Source of the DNA: Marsupella aquatica
Lineage: Eukaryota > Plantae > Marchantiophyta
DNA: 64,000 bases
Assembly: GCA_973895155.1 (NCBI GenBank)
Contig: OZ316896.1
Location: forward strand, 12,042,830 to 12,106,829
Direction of reading: 5' to 3'
The stretch's first letter is position 1. Each line of letters opens with the position of its first letter. The notes under the pieces were generated by a model. That model was given only the letters and a program-made list of their open reading frames with translations. It was not told the DNA's origin and searched no databases. The position numbers were made by a program, and so were the translations under genes. Shown piece after piece: positions 10,285 through 22,744 of this stretch.

Positions 10285-10866
10285 AAGTTAGTTAGTTGGT
10301 TAGTTTATTTAAGATATAATATTAGTTAGTGGGGCCTTAGTTTGGTGATATTAAGGCATGATATTATTGACATTCAAATGAATGTCGAGTAGACATTCAT
10401 TTGTAATATACAACAATCCTATTAATAAATAATAATTATAGTTACACCTTCAAGTGAACTCAACTTTCAATGATTTCTGATTTTATATGGTTCCATGCCT
10501 GATTGAGTCAAAGCAATAGAAACTAACTAATTAAAGGGTGATACTATGATTGTAGGTCACGCACCCTGGTGCGTGTCAATCTTTTTTGTATTCAACCCTA
10601 TAGTAATTAAATAGACAAGTCAGTTAGTTGGTTAGTTTATTTAAGATATAATATTAGTTAGTGGGGCCTTAGTTTGGTGATATTAAGGCATGATATTATT
10701 GACATTCAAATGAATGTCCAGTAGACATTGTAATATACAACAATCCTATTAATTGTTGTAAAGAAACTAACTAATTAAAGGGTGGTACTTACTATGATTG
10801 TAGGTCACACACCCTGGTGCGTGTCAATCTTTTTTGTATTCAACCCTATAATAATTAAATAGACAA
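10285..10866. repeat. Imperfect tandem duplication (~250-330 bp units) downstream of the transposase, each unit with a CACGCACC-CT-GGTGCGTG-type dyad
   Basis: agttagttggttagtttatttaagatataatattag... at ~10293 and ~10622; dyads at 10558 and 10806. Confidence 0.9.
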
Positions 10867-13149
10867 TTGAAACAATGAATGACAGTTTAATTAAGGATTT
10901 GTGCATGGATCAAGAGGTACTTGATGTCATTTAGTGATGCATTGTTATAAAGATCTTGCAACAAAACATTTGAAGTTTTTGACTATCCCACCAAATGTTA
11001 AAGAGGTTGATCATTCATTAACTAATAATATTTAGATAAAATTGGAATTAATCTAATACTTCAGTATTCCTTAAATTGGGGTTCCTAGGGACTATTAAGT
11101 TAGTAGTAAAATACAATTTATGAAATCTTCAGTCCCTCTTGCATTGTTTTACAAGTGTTTGTGAACTTGAAACAACTGTGCAACCTATACTTGAGAAATA
11201 TTGTAAGCATTTCCATCAACACTGATGTATCATTGTCTTTAAAGTATAAAAAAAATCTACTGTAGGTGTTTGGAGACAGTTGATGTCCACACTTCTACTT
11301 AATTCCTTAGTAAGATTTGTTTGTCTTGTCATACTGTGTAGAGATGGTACTAGACTCTCCTAGAAGGACAAGGGTCCTAAGTCCCAATGGGACATGTGTA
11401 GTGGCCCACTATGTTCCCCATTGCTCCAACTAGTATTAGAGCTAGTATTACTCGCAATCCCCGAGGACTTCTGAGCAAAATGCAAATGTGTACTCTCTGC
11501 ACTTATAGACAAGAGTTCTTGTCACTTATAGAGAGAACTGAGTTTATCAAATTGTCTTTTAGTGAGGCCTGCTTGCACTTGTAAAAAGTAGAAGAAGACT
11601 GCAATTTCCACAGAAAATTTTAGGGAGTAAGATCCTCCCTAAATGAAGTATTGCACTTGTCTAGGGTGTACTTCTGCAGAGATCACTATACTGTACTACT
11701 GTATCCTATAACTTTACACAAACTGTGTCGACACAGAGGATTTCAGTAACCAGCATCAGTGGTCAAATTGCATCTCCTGGTTACCTTAGTGTGATCACCT
11801 AAGTATGAGATCGTAAATCAGGCACGATTCCCGTAAGTATGCACATCAATTTGGATTTATCACTCACTTTGGACCAATATCACCTATGCAATAGGTATTG
11901 GTGGCTTGTATGTACATGTGAGAATTGCATGTAATTTAAGAAACCAAAGTATGTATGGTTGGATAAAGACACATTTCGTCCAAAAAATCAAAGTGATCAC
12001 TCACTGTGTATCCATGGTCAGTCCACCATGGGTTACACAAATGTCAGGTCAGGAGTGGTCACTTTGTACCCCATAACCCAAACTCCCTTGCTTATAGAGG
12101 ATCCCCATAATCAGCTTCAGTGGACATAAAAGGCTACTCAGGTTAGTGTACATAAACTTCTGCTTATCTTTGTCCCTCTAAAATAAAATACCTGAACTTG
12201 TACCCAAATAGTCAGCTTTGTGTTGGGTATCATACCAAATCTTTGGTGATTCAGGTTAGACCTCTAGTCCCTTAAAGTCCTCTCCTGATTTTTTTGTTTG
12301 GGATTTGCAGTGAAATACCCCGCTCTCACGCTTTATCCAGGGTTTTGTAGTTTCCTAAATATACAACTGTCTCAAAGCAAGACCTAGTGGATCCATGCCA
12401 CCATGGTGAGTCAATAAATTTCTTAACAGAGTAATGATATGCGATTATTTTTTCCTCTCACATCTATGGTGACAGTGGTTGTGTGAAGTGCACCAAGGTA
12501 TCACCAGATACGTACGTGAAAATCTCTCTTTAAGAGTATATGTATACTTATCCAGAAAAGCATAAACCATATCTTCAAGTCTTATTGGATGAGTGTTTGC
12601 AATGTTTCCGTAACTGCACTTATGAAGTAATGCTAGGGTTTACTTAGAATGTATAGAGTCTATATTCCTGGGAATTTTTAAAACTTTTTTAAAAAATATC
12701 ACCACAAATACCCCACAGCGGGGGGGGGGGGGGGAAGCAAACAGCACTGGCACCAATAACAAACATAGGGGTGCCCCCCATGTATAGAGTCTATATTGAC
12801 AAGTGCAAGATTTAGATCTTATTGACTCTTGAAACCTAAACTTGTTTATATCTAATCTATTGAAAACTAAGTGCAAAGACCTTAAGTCTTGCATGCATAA
12901 TATGTGCATATCACCAACAGGTTTCCTTAAGGTGGCTTTACAAGAGGTGAGGTTTTCTTTGCGTTTCTACCATGGCTAATCTCTCATACGTTTCAGTTAT
13001 TGCAGATGGTGCACTATGGCTCTTAACTTCTTGTAAAGCCAACTGCAGCAAGTGGTGCTAGGCTAAGAGACAAGTTGGGGACCCATTCCACCTGAAGTCA
13101 CTTTATTCTTTGTGCCCTTTTAATTCTAATAGAAGAGAATCTGATGAAG

Positions 13150-13420
13150 GACTGGTGGGTAAATTTTAATGCAAAAGAGTGAAAACAGAAATGGACCAAG
13201 TAGGCCAGATGATCTAAGATACAAAATTGGACAAATTTGTGCTCCATGTAAGCAAAACTTGGGCCCCACTCCTTTTGATGTAAGAAAGTTATGAGTTTAG
13301 AAGGAAACTGCCACCATCATATTGAGAGTGAACTAAAGCTGAATGTCCCCCAATGGATGGCCCTGATCACATCTTGGACACCAGGAAAAAAATTGAAAGT
13401 GCCCCAATGTAGTCCACCCA
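13150..13420 (+). repeat. Dispersed repeat family, copy 1 (others at ~35700-36000 and ~55900-56120)
   Basis: Shared core gcaaaa(c/t)ttggg...tccccaatggatggccc..tcacat.ttgg..acca seen in three places. Confidence 0.75.
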
Positions 13421-15379
13421 CAGCCAACTCTTTCATCACATGCATGAGTAGGGTGTCTCAGCTTCATAGTTGCATATGATGGCTTTTGGCCATAAACAAA
13501 TGGCCAAGCTTTCACATGGTTATGTAAAAGTTGTTTTTGTTTGTTGGTTTCACTAGCCTCTACACTGACTTATGGTCATCGCATATGACCAATTTTCATG
13601 GCAAAAAGTTATGAATTATGATTTTGGTAGTGCACAGCAGAGTTTTACGTAAACCCTCAGAGCCAAAATTTGAGGCCATTTCAACCCCACCCTCAGAAAT
13701 GAGAGTTACCTTAATGAGTGCCAAAAATTGAATTTTATTTTAAAAAACTCCTGGTCAAGTGACTTAAGATATTTGTTGGGCAGAGTAAGACTTTGGACAT
13801 TTTGGGCAGCGTCAGGCAGTAGATGGAGTGCCCTAGAAAGCCTGTCCCGTCTTGCCCTTCCGTTTTGCTTTGCTATGGAATTCTGGAGACTTCTTTGCAT
13901 CAACTCCTCCCCTTTCAGCTTCTTGCTCTCCTTCATGACGTTGGGCTATGAGTCCTCACTTGGCCTGAAGCTCCTGTCCTGCTTGGAGCGCTTGTCACGC
14001 GCCACAGTTCGTCTCCCCCTATTTCTCGTTGGTTACGATAATCTCCTCTAGGGCAAGAACTTGGGGCATGAATATGGGCTGCCCAACAATTAAAAAATGG
14101 CTGCCCACAAGTATTCCAGGGTGATTCTCACTTGGCCGTGTAGTAAATTAATTTTCTCACTCTCGTACCTATTATTTTGCTTGAGAAGTTCATTTATGGT
14201 GTTAAAGATATAATAATAGCCAAAAGTGCATGTGAGTGAAAACTTTAAATTATGGTGACTCACCCTGGAACCTGAGTTCAGGAAAACTTTAAATTGTGGT
14301 AAGTAAGTTAAGGTCCATCAAATTTTGTGACCCCTTGTGGAACAAGACTTTGAGGTTTGATACCCCTTGTGTAACAAGATTTTGAGTCAATATGTGTTCC
14401 TCTCCTGCTCGCCTCTGCAATCGCATCCCATCCCTTCTTGCTCCCAATAGATGACTTTGCTGCCAGCCAGTCATTGCTGGAAATGGCAGCACCAACTGGC
14501 GATTCCTTTCAATAAAATTGACAAAAGAGAGATATATTACAGAAAGACGAGGAGCATTACGTCGTGCTGCACTGAATTGAATGGAGAGAGTTCGAATTGT
14601 CCCTGTGAACGTTTTTCATAACTTTCTGTACTAGAAAGAGTGACTCTGGGAATTGTGTGGATGTTCGACGGATAGCGATTTTGGAGGCATGATTGTTTTC
14701 TCGTGAAGGTTCGGAGAAAAGATAACGAGGTAAACAATCAAGTTTATCGGGACAGTGAAATGGGATTCATTGCAGTGATGAGTCCAGTGTTGAAAGGTTC
14801 ATTGTTGTAGTTTTAAAAATGTTACGATTTCTGTTTCAGCTGGAGAGAACTTATGGTGATCATATTTGCCTGTAGCAATCTCATATTCTCGACCAGAAAT
14901 GATCTCTAAAATCCGAGAATGGCCGTGGTGATGTAATACATCACCAGGGTGAGCTAAATTCGAGTCCTTGTGAAACATATTTGTGTATCACGGGTTTAGA
15001 ATCTACATCGTCAAGAAGTGGGGCCGCAACTCTCCTAACTGCACCATCTACGGGGACCCGTCAAGGCATTCGAACTGTGGGGGCTTTCTGAACCCACCAT
15101 TCGCTCCCAGGGGCCCCATGAAGCAATTAACTCGAAGTCATACTATCAATGGCAGCGAAATCTCGAATGATGAGTCTATTTTCAAGCTTGTGATAGATTA
15201 AGTTTGGAACAGCACTAGGGCATTTCGGCTTTTTGGGGGGAGTAGAGCATTTCAATGACCCTCAGTTTCTCATGAGAGGAGTTTGGTCTAATTTCGCTCA
15301 GAGGAAAAGGAATTAATAAGTTCCCGTGGCTTTCTGAAATATTCCGTAACAGGAGGTGGTTGTCGACCGATCCATTTCA

Positions 15380-18300
15380 ATGACGTCGGCCACTGCCTGC
15401 TCCTGCTCCTGCTCCTGCTCTCGGCTGCCATCTCGCCTGTCTCCGTTCGCTGCACAGATTTCCACTTCATTATGGAGATGTTCTGCCCAGCCCTCGAGAC
15501 TGAGGAGGAGGATTCGCTTCTACTGCAGCTCTTCTGAGTTGGTGAGTTGGAAGCTTGGGGTTAGCCGAATTTATCAGCTCTTGTGGATTAATTTTGCGCT
15601 GCTGTGAGGTTTGGAAGTTTCAGTGCTCCTGAGTGATTACATTGGCTTCAGGTGGACTCTCCGAGTTCTTTCTGCGACTTCTCTCTGGACACGAAGTTTG
15701 ACAATTGGTATTACTGTTTGATTCAAGTACTCCCATTGTTCGAGCTACCATACTGTGATTTCGGAATGTGAAAGTAGCCATCTGAACATATCTGGTTGGA
15801 GACTCATCTCTTGTCCTTAGCTTCAATATTAGCGCTCATGATCTTATGGTTTTGGAAGAGGTGTTGACTCACTTTCTGTAGACTTGTATTGACAACTGCC
15901 GGTGAATTTTGGGGAATTTGGTCAGTCTCAGACCTATTCCTTGTTGTAAGTTCCGTGATCGGTGCATTTCCTTCTTCACAAACTGCAAATGGACAGATCT
16001 CTGCAACTAATGATGAAGCTTATGTGTCTCCACCCATTGATGGCTTCTACTAATGGTGTAGATGCCAGGTGTTGTATTTGTTTATCTGTCTGACTCACAT
16101 TTATCCTCATCCCTTGGCAACTATTTGAACTCCCATTCAATTTACTCTCTTTTCGAAGGCTGTGGAGACTCGTGAAGGGACTTGCAGCCGAAGGGCACAG
16201 CTAGAACGCTTACTGAAGAGAAGGTGGTTTTTGGAGCAACCAAGCACTAAAATATCGACGGTTCTGCTAAATTCAACCAAGGCATCCGAATTTGAACTTC
16301 CAGAACATCTCGGGCAAAGGCAATTCAAGCTACAAAGGACGACACGGGGCATTGTGGAACTCGGGAATGAAAGTGACTGTCAAACGTTTTATGTCATCAG
16401 AGATGACTTGCTGCACCCTCTTCTAGGTGGCAACAAGCTTCGGAAGCTGGACGCGTTGTTGCCAGTTTTAGAAGATTGCAAGGCAACTGATGTGGTAAGT
16501 ATGAGATTGACATCAGTGCTTTCAACGCAGGTAGACGTGAATCCGCCACATTGAATTGGATCTCAAATTTATCTCTACTTACATCCGTTGGCTGATCCAA
16601 GCTCTTGTCATCTTGTCCCTTTCTCGAACAGATTACGTGTGGGGGTTGTCAGAGTGCTCACACTGCGGCTCTGGGTTAGGAACACTCCAACCTATGCAAA
16701 GCCCTGCATTCAAAGGTTGCCTTGATGGGACCGCTTTGTACTGCATTCAACACCCGTAGTATCTTTTTACGTCTCTGCTCCGCAATTGGAATGCTGAAGC
16801 AGAATGTTGTATCCCTCGCAATTAAAGCCAATTTTCTGTATGCTGCTGCGAGTAAACGGTCGAGCAAATTTCAAACTTAGCAAATGTCAAAAGTACCTGA
16901 AAATATCCTGCAAATTCATCTAAGAGTGAAGGTATGCCTTTGTTTTGCAGCCTTTGCCTGTGCAGAACGAGGGATAACAGCTCATTTACTTCTGCGAGGG
17001 GAGAAGCCCTCTATCTCGACAGGGTACAACTTATTGTCTAGTATGTATGGTCAGTGCACTTACGTGCCGCGATCGGAATATGCTGATAGAGCAGCTATGT
17101 TCAAAAAGTATGGAGGTATTGTTGGTGGCAGTTCTAGCTCACTGGTCTGGCTTGATGAACTTGGGGACCTTCCCACAGTTGGGCCCATATCAGAAAAGAA
17201 AGTTATAGCTGTGAAGGAGGGTGCTGGAGATGCAGTAGCGTTACATGGTAAGTTCTCTTGGAGATTAGGAGTAAATTGGCTTTGTAGGACTCCATAACCA
17301 GGTCTTCAAGTGCCCGTTTGGTAGTCTGGTCTCTTCTTTTACGCTCAAAGGATGTGAGGACTTGTTTTGCTAGTTGGACTGCAGTACCAGTTGGTGTATG
17401 ACAGTCAGGGTTGTTTAATCATTCATTTTAAGTTTAGTAGACTGTCCTCGAGTTTAAAAAACATTCCTACGCTAATTGCTCTTGATATCGAAGCTAAATT
17501 ACTTTATCATGTAAGGGTTTTTCTCTAGGATCGCAGAAGATACAGCGTAATTTGCCCTGTTTTTTCCCTTTCCTTTCAGAAATAGAAGTGTTCCCATGTC
17601 TTTGATCTTGTCTTGCTGAATAGTGATGCTATCCCATCTTATTGGGTGCAGGTCTCATCCGGCTGGTCCACTATTTGTCCCAACCGACAGTGTTTGGCAG
17701 TAACCTTCAATTGCATATCGTGGTAGATACCGGAACAGGAACAACAGCAGTTGGATTAGCGTTGGGTATTTTACTGCTCGGGTAAGTTATGTTCTTGGTT
17801 TTCTTATCACGTCAACTGAGCATTGATCCCAAGACGGTTTAGGAAAACACCGACAACGCTTTGTTGCAGGATCATTTTACAGTGCTGGTCCTCACGACCT
17901 CTTTTTCCTTCTTTCAGTATGCCATGCTGACATCCTAGTTAGAGAAAGTCTCCATATGTAGATGGCAGAGGTCTAAACTAAACACCACTGTTAATGACTT
18001 GTATAGCTGTAAACTCTTTGTTTGTTGATCATTAGATCTTCATTAGTTGGTTCCCATTTTAGCACTATATTGAAATGGAGAGATCCTTGCTATTATGTTT
18101 TGGATTTTCATTGCAGGAAATAATTGCTCTTTCTTCATTCTGTGTACAGACTCCCATGGAAAGTAACAGGAGTCATGCTGGCAGATACAGTCGAGGGGTA
18201 TGAAGCGCACAAACATCAGCTACTATCTATGTTCTGTGAACATTACTCCTTGCCTCTAGTACAGGCACTCCAGGTTCCTCTGTCATGGAAAGAGCGATGG

Positions 18301-18662
18301 AAACCCCGGAAGTAAGAATCCGAAAGACTTTCTATAATGCAGGCATGTGTTCTAAGTGTCTTTCCTCTATAAGTATCGTTGGCTTGCGATCAAATGATTG
18401 GCCTTGTTGTACTAAAGTTTTTGTTCTATGCAGGTTTGGTAAAATCTTCCCAGGTGAGGTCCGCACCTGTCAGTCGGTAGCTCAGCAAACTGGAATATTG
18501 TTGGATCCAATTTACACACTTGCCGGCTGGGAAACAGCTACCAGGTTGTCACTCGAAAATTATGGTGAAGGGCAAGGAGGTGACGTAGTTGTCATGCTAC
18601 ATACCGGTGGAACTCTTGGTCTTTTTGGCCTAGCTCAGAGATACCCTGAAGAGTTCAATTAG
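15380..18662 (+). CDS. DCD2: D-cysteine desulfhydrase 2 (PLP-dependent, ACC deaminase/D-CDes family) with N-terminal organellar transit peptide
   Basis: Exons 15380-15541, 16159-16494, 16632-16674, 16951-17247, 17652-17781, 18150-18311 and 18434-18662, all GT-AG with phases consistent. Motifs [18 protein letters not shown] (PLP lysine), [41 protein letters not shown]. Confidence 0.92.
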
Positions 18663-19825
18663 AAAGAGAACTATGAGGTTTGTTCGAGCCTAAGACACCA
18701 CATAGGCACACTCAATGGTTACAAATTGAACTCAGATGGATCCAAATCTGGGTATAAAAATACGCATTTTGACGCGCAAGTTGTCCTGTTGGGGAACTTC
18801 CCACTGGCAATTAAGCTCAATGTGGACCTGTGGTGGGCAATCAAATGCCACCGCTCAATTGTTGGCTTACCATGGCCTTCACCATTCTTTCTATCCATTA
18901 CCTGCCCAGCGCCTCAAAACTGAGTTCAGGAAATATTCTTGACTAGTGATGAGGCTAGAAGGCATGATTTGCAGTTGGCGAACAGCATGTAGATCATGCA
19001 ATTATGTTATTATACATTCCTCCTCTCGAGAAATTCTTATAGAACGATGGACCCAAAGTATCAAAATAACTTCTTGTCACTCGATAAGATTGCATTATTT
19101 GGGGAGTAGTCTGTAAAGATGTATCCTTCCTTGTCAGTGCCGTGAAGGAAGAATCAGGTCAAGAGCCCATCAGCCCTCTGGGTGTTCCCAACAATGCCAG
19201 CGCTTGTTCCTCTCATGAGATGAGCTTTGGAATAGTATTTTGTTTAACGCGGCACTTATGAATATACTTCATTTCTCACATTTTGAATAGTCTATGACCG
19301 AGAAAGTACGATTCTCCTTGCAATATCTCCCACAAAGTGCTGAGGTACTACCTTTCACAGAACCTTCATCATTTCCCAACAGTCCGTAAGCAACGACGCA
19401 CCCAGCCTTCCCCAAAACATCAAGTGTGGAAAGGTTGGAAGTCAGTGCACCAGTTCATATTCTAACACTATTTAATTTCTTACATTCATATTTCTTCAAG
19501 GAAACTTCGTACGAATTTTACTGCATATCATCCACACTTGACAGATTGGATGATTGGATGATTGGATCACAGCGAAGGCTGCAAAAGTGGAAGTGGAACC
19601 ATTCAATTCCAGATTCACCTTACAAACGATGAACAGAGGCACATAGTACAGCAGCACCCAGACGCGGATGTCGTTGAGTCGTTCCAGCTACAGCCCCACT
19701 CACACGGCAAGCACAGAATGAACAAAGTACTATCGAAGTCCTTATCATACCGTTACCTTCTTGGCACACATTTTCCATTGTGCGGCAGCAGGGTACGCTT
19801 CAGCAGTCACGACACTTTCATGCTC

Positions 19826-20270
19826 TCAGCTCAGCTCCTCTCCTGACAAAAACCTTGGTTTCCAACATGTGTTTGATCAAACAATATCGCTCGGTTCAGC
19901 TCAGCTCTTGACAAAAACCTTGGTTTCCAAGATGTGTTTGATCAAACAATATCGCTCAGCTCAGCTCAGCTCAGCTCAGCTCTTGACAAAAACCTTGGTT
20001 TCCAACATGGGTTTGATCAAACAATATCGTTCAACTCAGCTCAGCTCTTGACAAAAGCCTTGGTTTCCAACATGTGTTTGATCAAACAATATCGCTCAAC
20101 TCAGCTCAGCTCTTGACAAAAACCTTGATGTGTTTGATCAAACAATATCGTTCAACTCAGCTCAGCTCTTGACAAAAACCTTGGTTTCCAAGATGTGTTT
20201 GATCAAGCAATATCGCTCAACTCTTTACAAAAACTTTGGTTTCTAACATGGGTTTGATAAAACAATATCA
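19826..20270. repeat. Minisatellite, 7 units of ~55-80 bp with variable (TCAGC)n and a 14-bp palindrome TGTTTGATCAAACA
   Basis: Unit: tcagctcttgacaaaaaccttggtttccaacatgtgtttgatcaaacaatatcg. Confidence 0.95.
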
Positions 20271-20274
20271 TTAC

Positions 20275-21584
20275 AGGAGGGGAATGTGCAGGGTAACCCA
20301 AAGCCTGGAGGGGGTTGTCTAGGGTTGTCTAACCATATATTGTTGATCTAAAGCTACTCTTCGCAATCTATGATCTGAACTCTGGGGCATAACTGAAGTT
20401 GGGGGTGTGAGGGGGAAATGGGATTGGGGACAGGGTGGGACTGGGTGAGGCTAAGTCTCTGAATTGGTGCAGGAGGCTTGAATGTACTCACCTCTATTTA
20501 CATCCAAAGAAACAGCAGTAAGGCTAGTGGGCTCTAATCCCCAAGGGGTGCTGAGGACAAAGGGTTTACAACTATGCACCCCCCCCCCCCTCCCCCCCCC
20601 TCACAGCCAATGGGTTGCATTAGAAAGAGCAGCCTGGATAGACACAAATATTTGCAAAGATGCTGGGATGGACTCACAGAATCCTGATAAACACAAACAG
20701 AGCATTATACTGCCCATAACACTATTATTGTCAAAGTTCTTTGCTTGTATTTTTTGAACTGTGGTGCAAGTGTGTCGCTCTCCAGAACCTACCTTTGTGT
20801 ATGTGGGAGTTCTTTGAGGAATGTTATTTAGTCCCTATACTGTCTTAGTTTATAGGTTATTGGTTATCAAAATAGAAGTAAGAAGGTGAGAATGTTATAG
20901 AGAGATCCTTTTTGAAACTTGGGGACAATGACTTTGAATTGGACCCAAATTAGACTTTGGTTGTGAAGAGTTGGACCTTGACAAATATTAGCTCAATCAT
21001 GGGTCATTGAGCTTGAACAAAAATAAATTTAGTTTATGGGGTTTACGTGAAGGTCTTTAATCTAATTTTAGATAGGTAAAGGTAAAAATAATAATTTATC
21101 TGGTCAATGACGAAAGGCTTAAGGAAACTTGAGGGTGGCCATCTTAGTGCTATTCCCTAAAGCTAAATGGTCCAAAGTCTATGTCAATATCTTTGAAGGA
21201 GCTAGCGTACCTTGAAAAGATGTCTAACATTTAAGTAAAACCTTTTGAGGAATGTCCAGCTTAGGTGCCCCCCTTCCTGGTCATAAAAGGCAAACATATG
21301 CGTGTTCCTATCCAGTGTGTAGTGATGCTCTTGTTTAGACAATAAATCTTAGAATCACCTCAATTGGGTGTTGAGGTCTTCTTGGTTTAGTTTGGTGTCT
21401 CTTCAGCCGCGGCGGGGAATTTCTTTGTTAGGGACAGCTCCTTAGTGCGCGTCTGCCGCAATTATGTAGAGCCTCAGGTTTTCCCCTAAGACGTTCTGTT
21501 CATAAGTGAGGGTTTTCCCAGGTGCGAATGCCTTACCCTGGTTGCACGAGGTAGGGGTTTGGGGTTTGTTACACTCTGCTAACC

Positions 21585-21667
<83 letters not shown>

Positions 21668-21990
21668 CAGCAAAATCTCTTAGGATCTTCAATACAGATC
21701 TCTTTCCAGATAAATTTTTGCATCATATACTCTATTATCAGTGAAACCCAAACTCACACAACCAGGGTCAAGATTTCAAACTCACAAAAACCAGTCAAAT
21801 TCACCTATATCTTCACCCAGATAGAAATCCCATGAGTCCAATTTGGGAACTAGTCAAGCCTTTTATATCAGCGTGCAAAAGGACAAGAAGGCCTAACCAG
21901 TAGACAGGATCCCAATGGCAAAGCAACACAATAAAGGGAGGGAAAAGGAAGGAGAAAAGGCCCCTAGAAGACCAAAAAGGTCCAACAAGT
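20275..21990 (+). mobile_element. Possible LTR retrotransposon remnant (polypurine tract, LTR-like segment, gag-like start)
   Basis: aggaggggaa followed by TG at ~20275-20286 resembles a PPT/LTR junction. CpG-poor. A candidate ...TATCA end at ~21870 is followed by a basic MAKQHNKGREKEGEKAPRRPKR stub. No second LTR or PBS seen. Confidence 0.35.
21588..21667. repeat. Poly-C tract fused to an (AC)n microsatellite
   Basis: Long C run followed by about 25 AC units; a reverse-orientation analogue (TG)n(G)n lies at 23201-23236. Confidence 0.95.
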
Positions 21991-22744
21991 CAAGGAGTCT
22001 CCCACAACCAAAGGCTTTCTGAGAATACATCCTTTTCAACAAGTCTTGAACCATTCATTCCTTAAATAAAGGCTTTCTAGAATACGTCATTTTCAAAAAA
22101 TAAGAATGGAAAATGTATGTCAGTTTCAATCATGTGCACATCATTGCCTGGCCTGCAGAAGATGCTGTTCACAATTGATTTTGTTTAAAAAAAATTAAAG
22201 TTGTCATAAAACATTCAAAAAAGCATAGACCAATGTGAATGGGTACTTTTTAGCTTGAAGTTGTATGTAACAGATATTGGCCAATAGAAGCTTTGAATTG
22301 AAGTCTACAGTACGTAGCTTCCTATCAAGTAAGCTTTCAAATAGAAAATAAGCTTTCTCAAATTCATCAAGACCTTTTAGTCCAGGTTTATGTTGGCACT
22401 TTTTAGTAAATTTGTCCTTCTCCTAAAACCAATTACCTGTAATTTCATGGGGGTAAACCGCCTTTGACACTGAACAACTGGTCTGGTTTGCAGGCAGGGA
22501 AATTCTCTGATTTATAAATTTTGTCTATAATTCTTGCAATTATTAGAAGCGCCAACTGGCTCGCATGGTTCTCATTTTATATATAATTTTTACAGCATAT
22601 GTAATTCTCATTCAATTACAATTGGCTGTGGCATGTAGCAGATGGAACTCACCCAAGTCGGTTTGGAACAGAACCCGTGTTACACCCAGAAATACAGTCT
22701 GTCTGCCAAGATGACAAGAGCTAAGGAGAATCCTTGGTTCATAC

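Larger units (their letters stand above)
1..10870. mobile_element. Large decaying DNA transposon (DUF7869/Sola1-like DDD transposase) with a divergently oriented cargo arm; left end outside the window, right end not defined
   Basis: Transposase at 6827-10180. The same 18-bp dyad motif is shared from 1442 to 10823, tying both arms together. Several ORFs carry stops or frameshifts. No TIR/TSD identified, so the boundaries are approximate. Confidence 0.7.

Noticed and set aside
10870-12600. Right terminus (TIR) of the large transposon
   Set aside because: The left end is outside the window, so no inverted repeat or TSD can be paired; the boundary is left undefined.
15380-18662. ACC deaminase or horizontally acquired bacterial gene
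   Set aside because: Spliceosomal introns, a transit peptide and the TCGGCQSAH / [15 protein letters not shown] motifs match the ordinary plant D-cysteine desulfhydrase 2 subfamily.
19826-20270. CRISPR array or repeat-protein ORFs (19761-20116)
   Set aside because: Plain minisatellite with no unique spacers; the ORFs are translations of the repeat.
21442-21835. Poly-Pro/His-Thr or Cys-Val/Gly ORFs
   Set aside because: Translations of a C-run and an (AC)n microsatellite.
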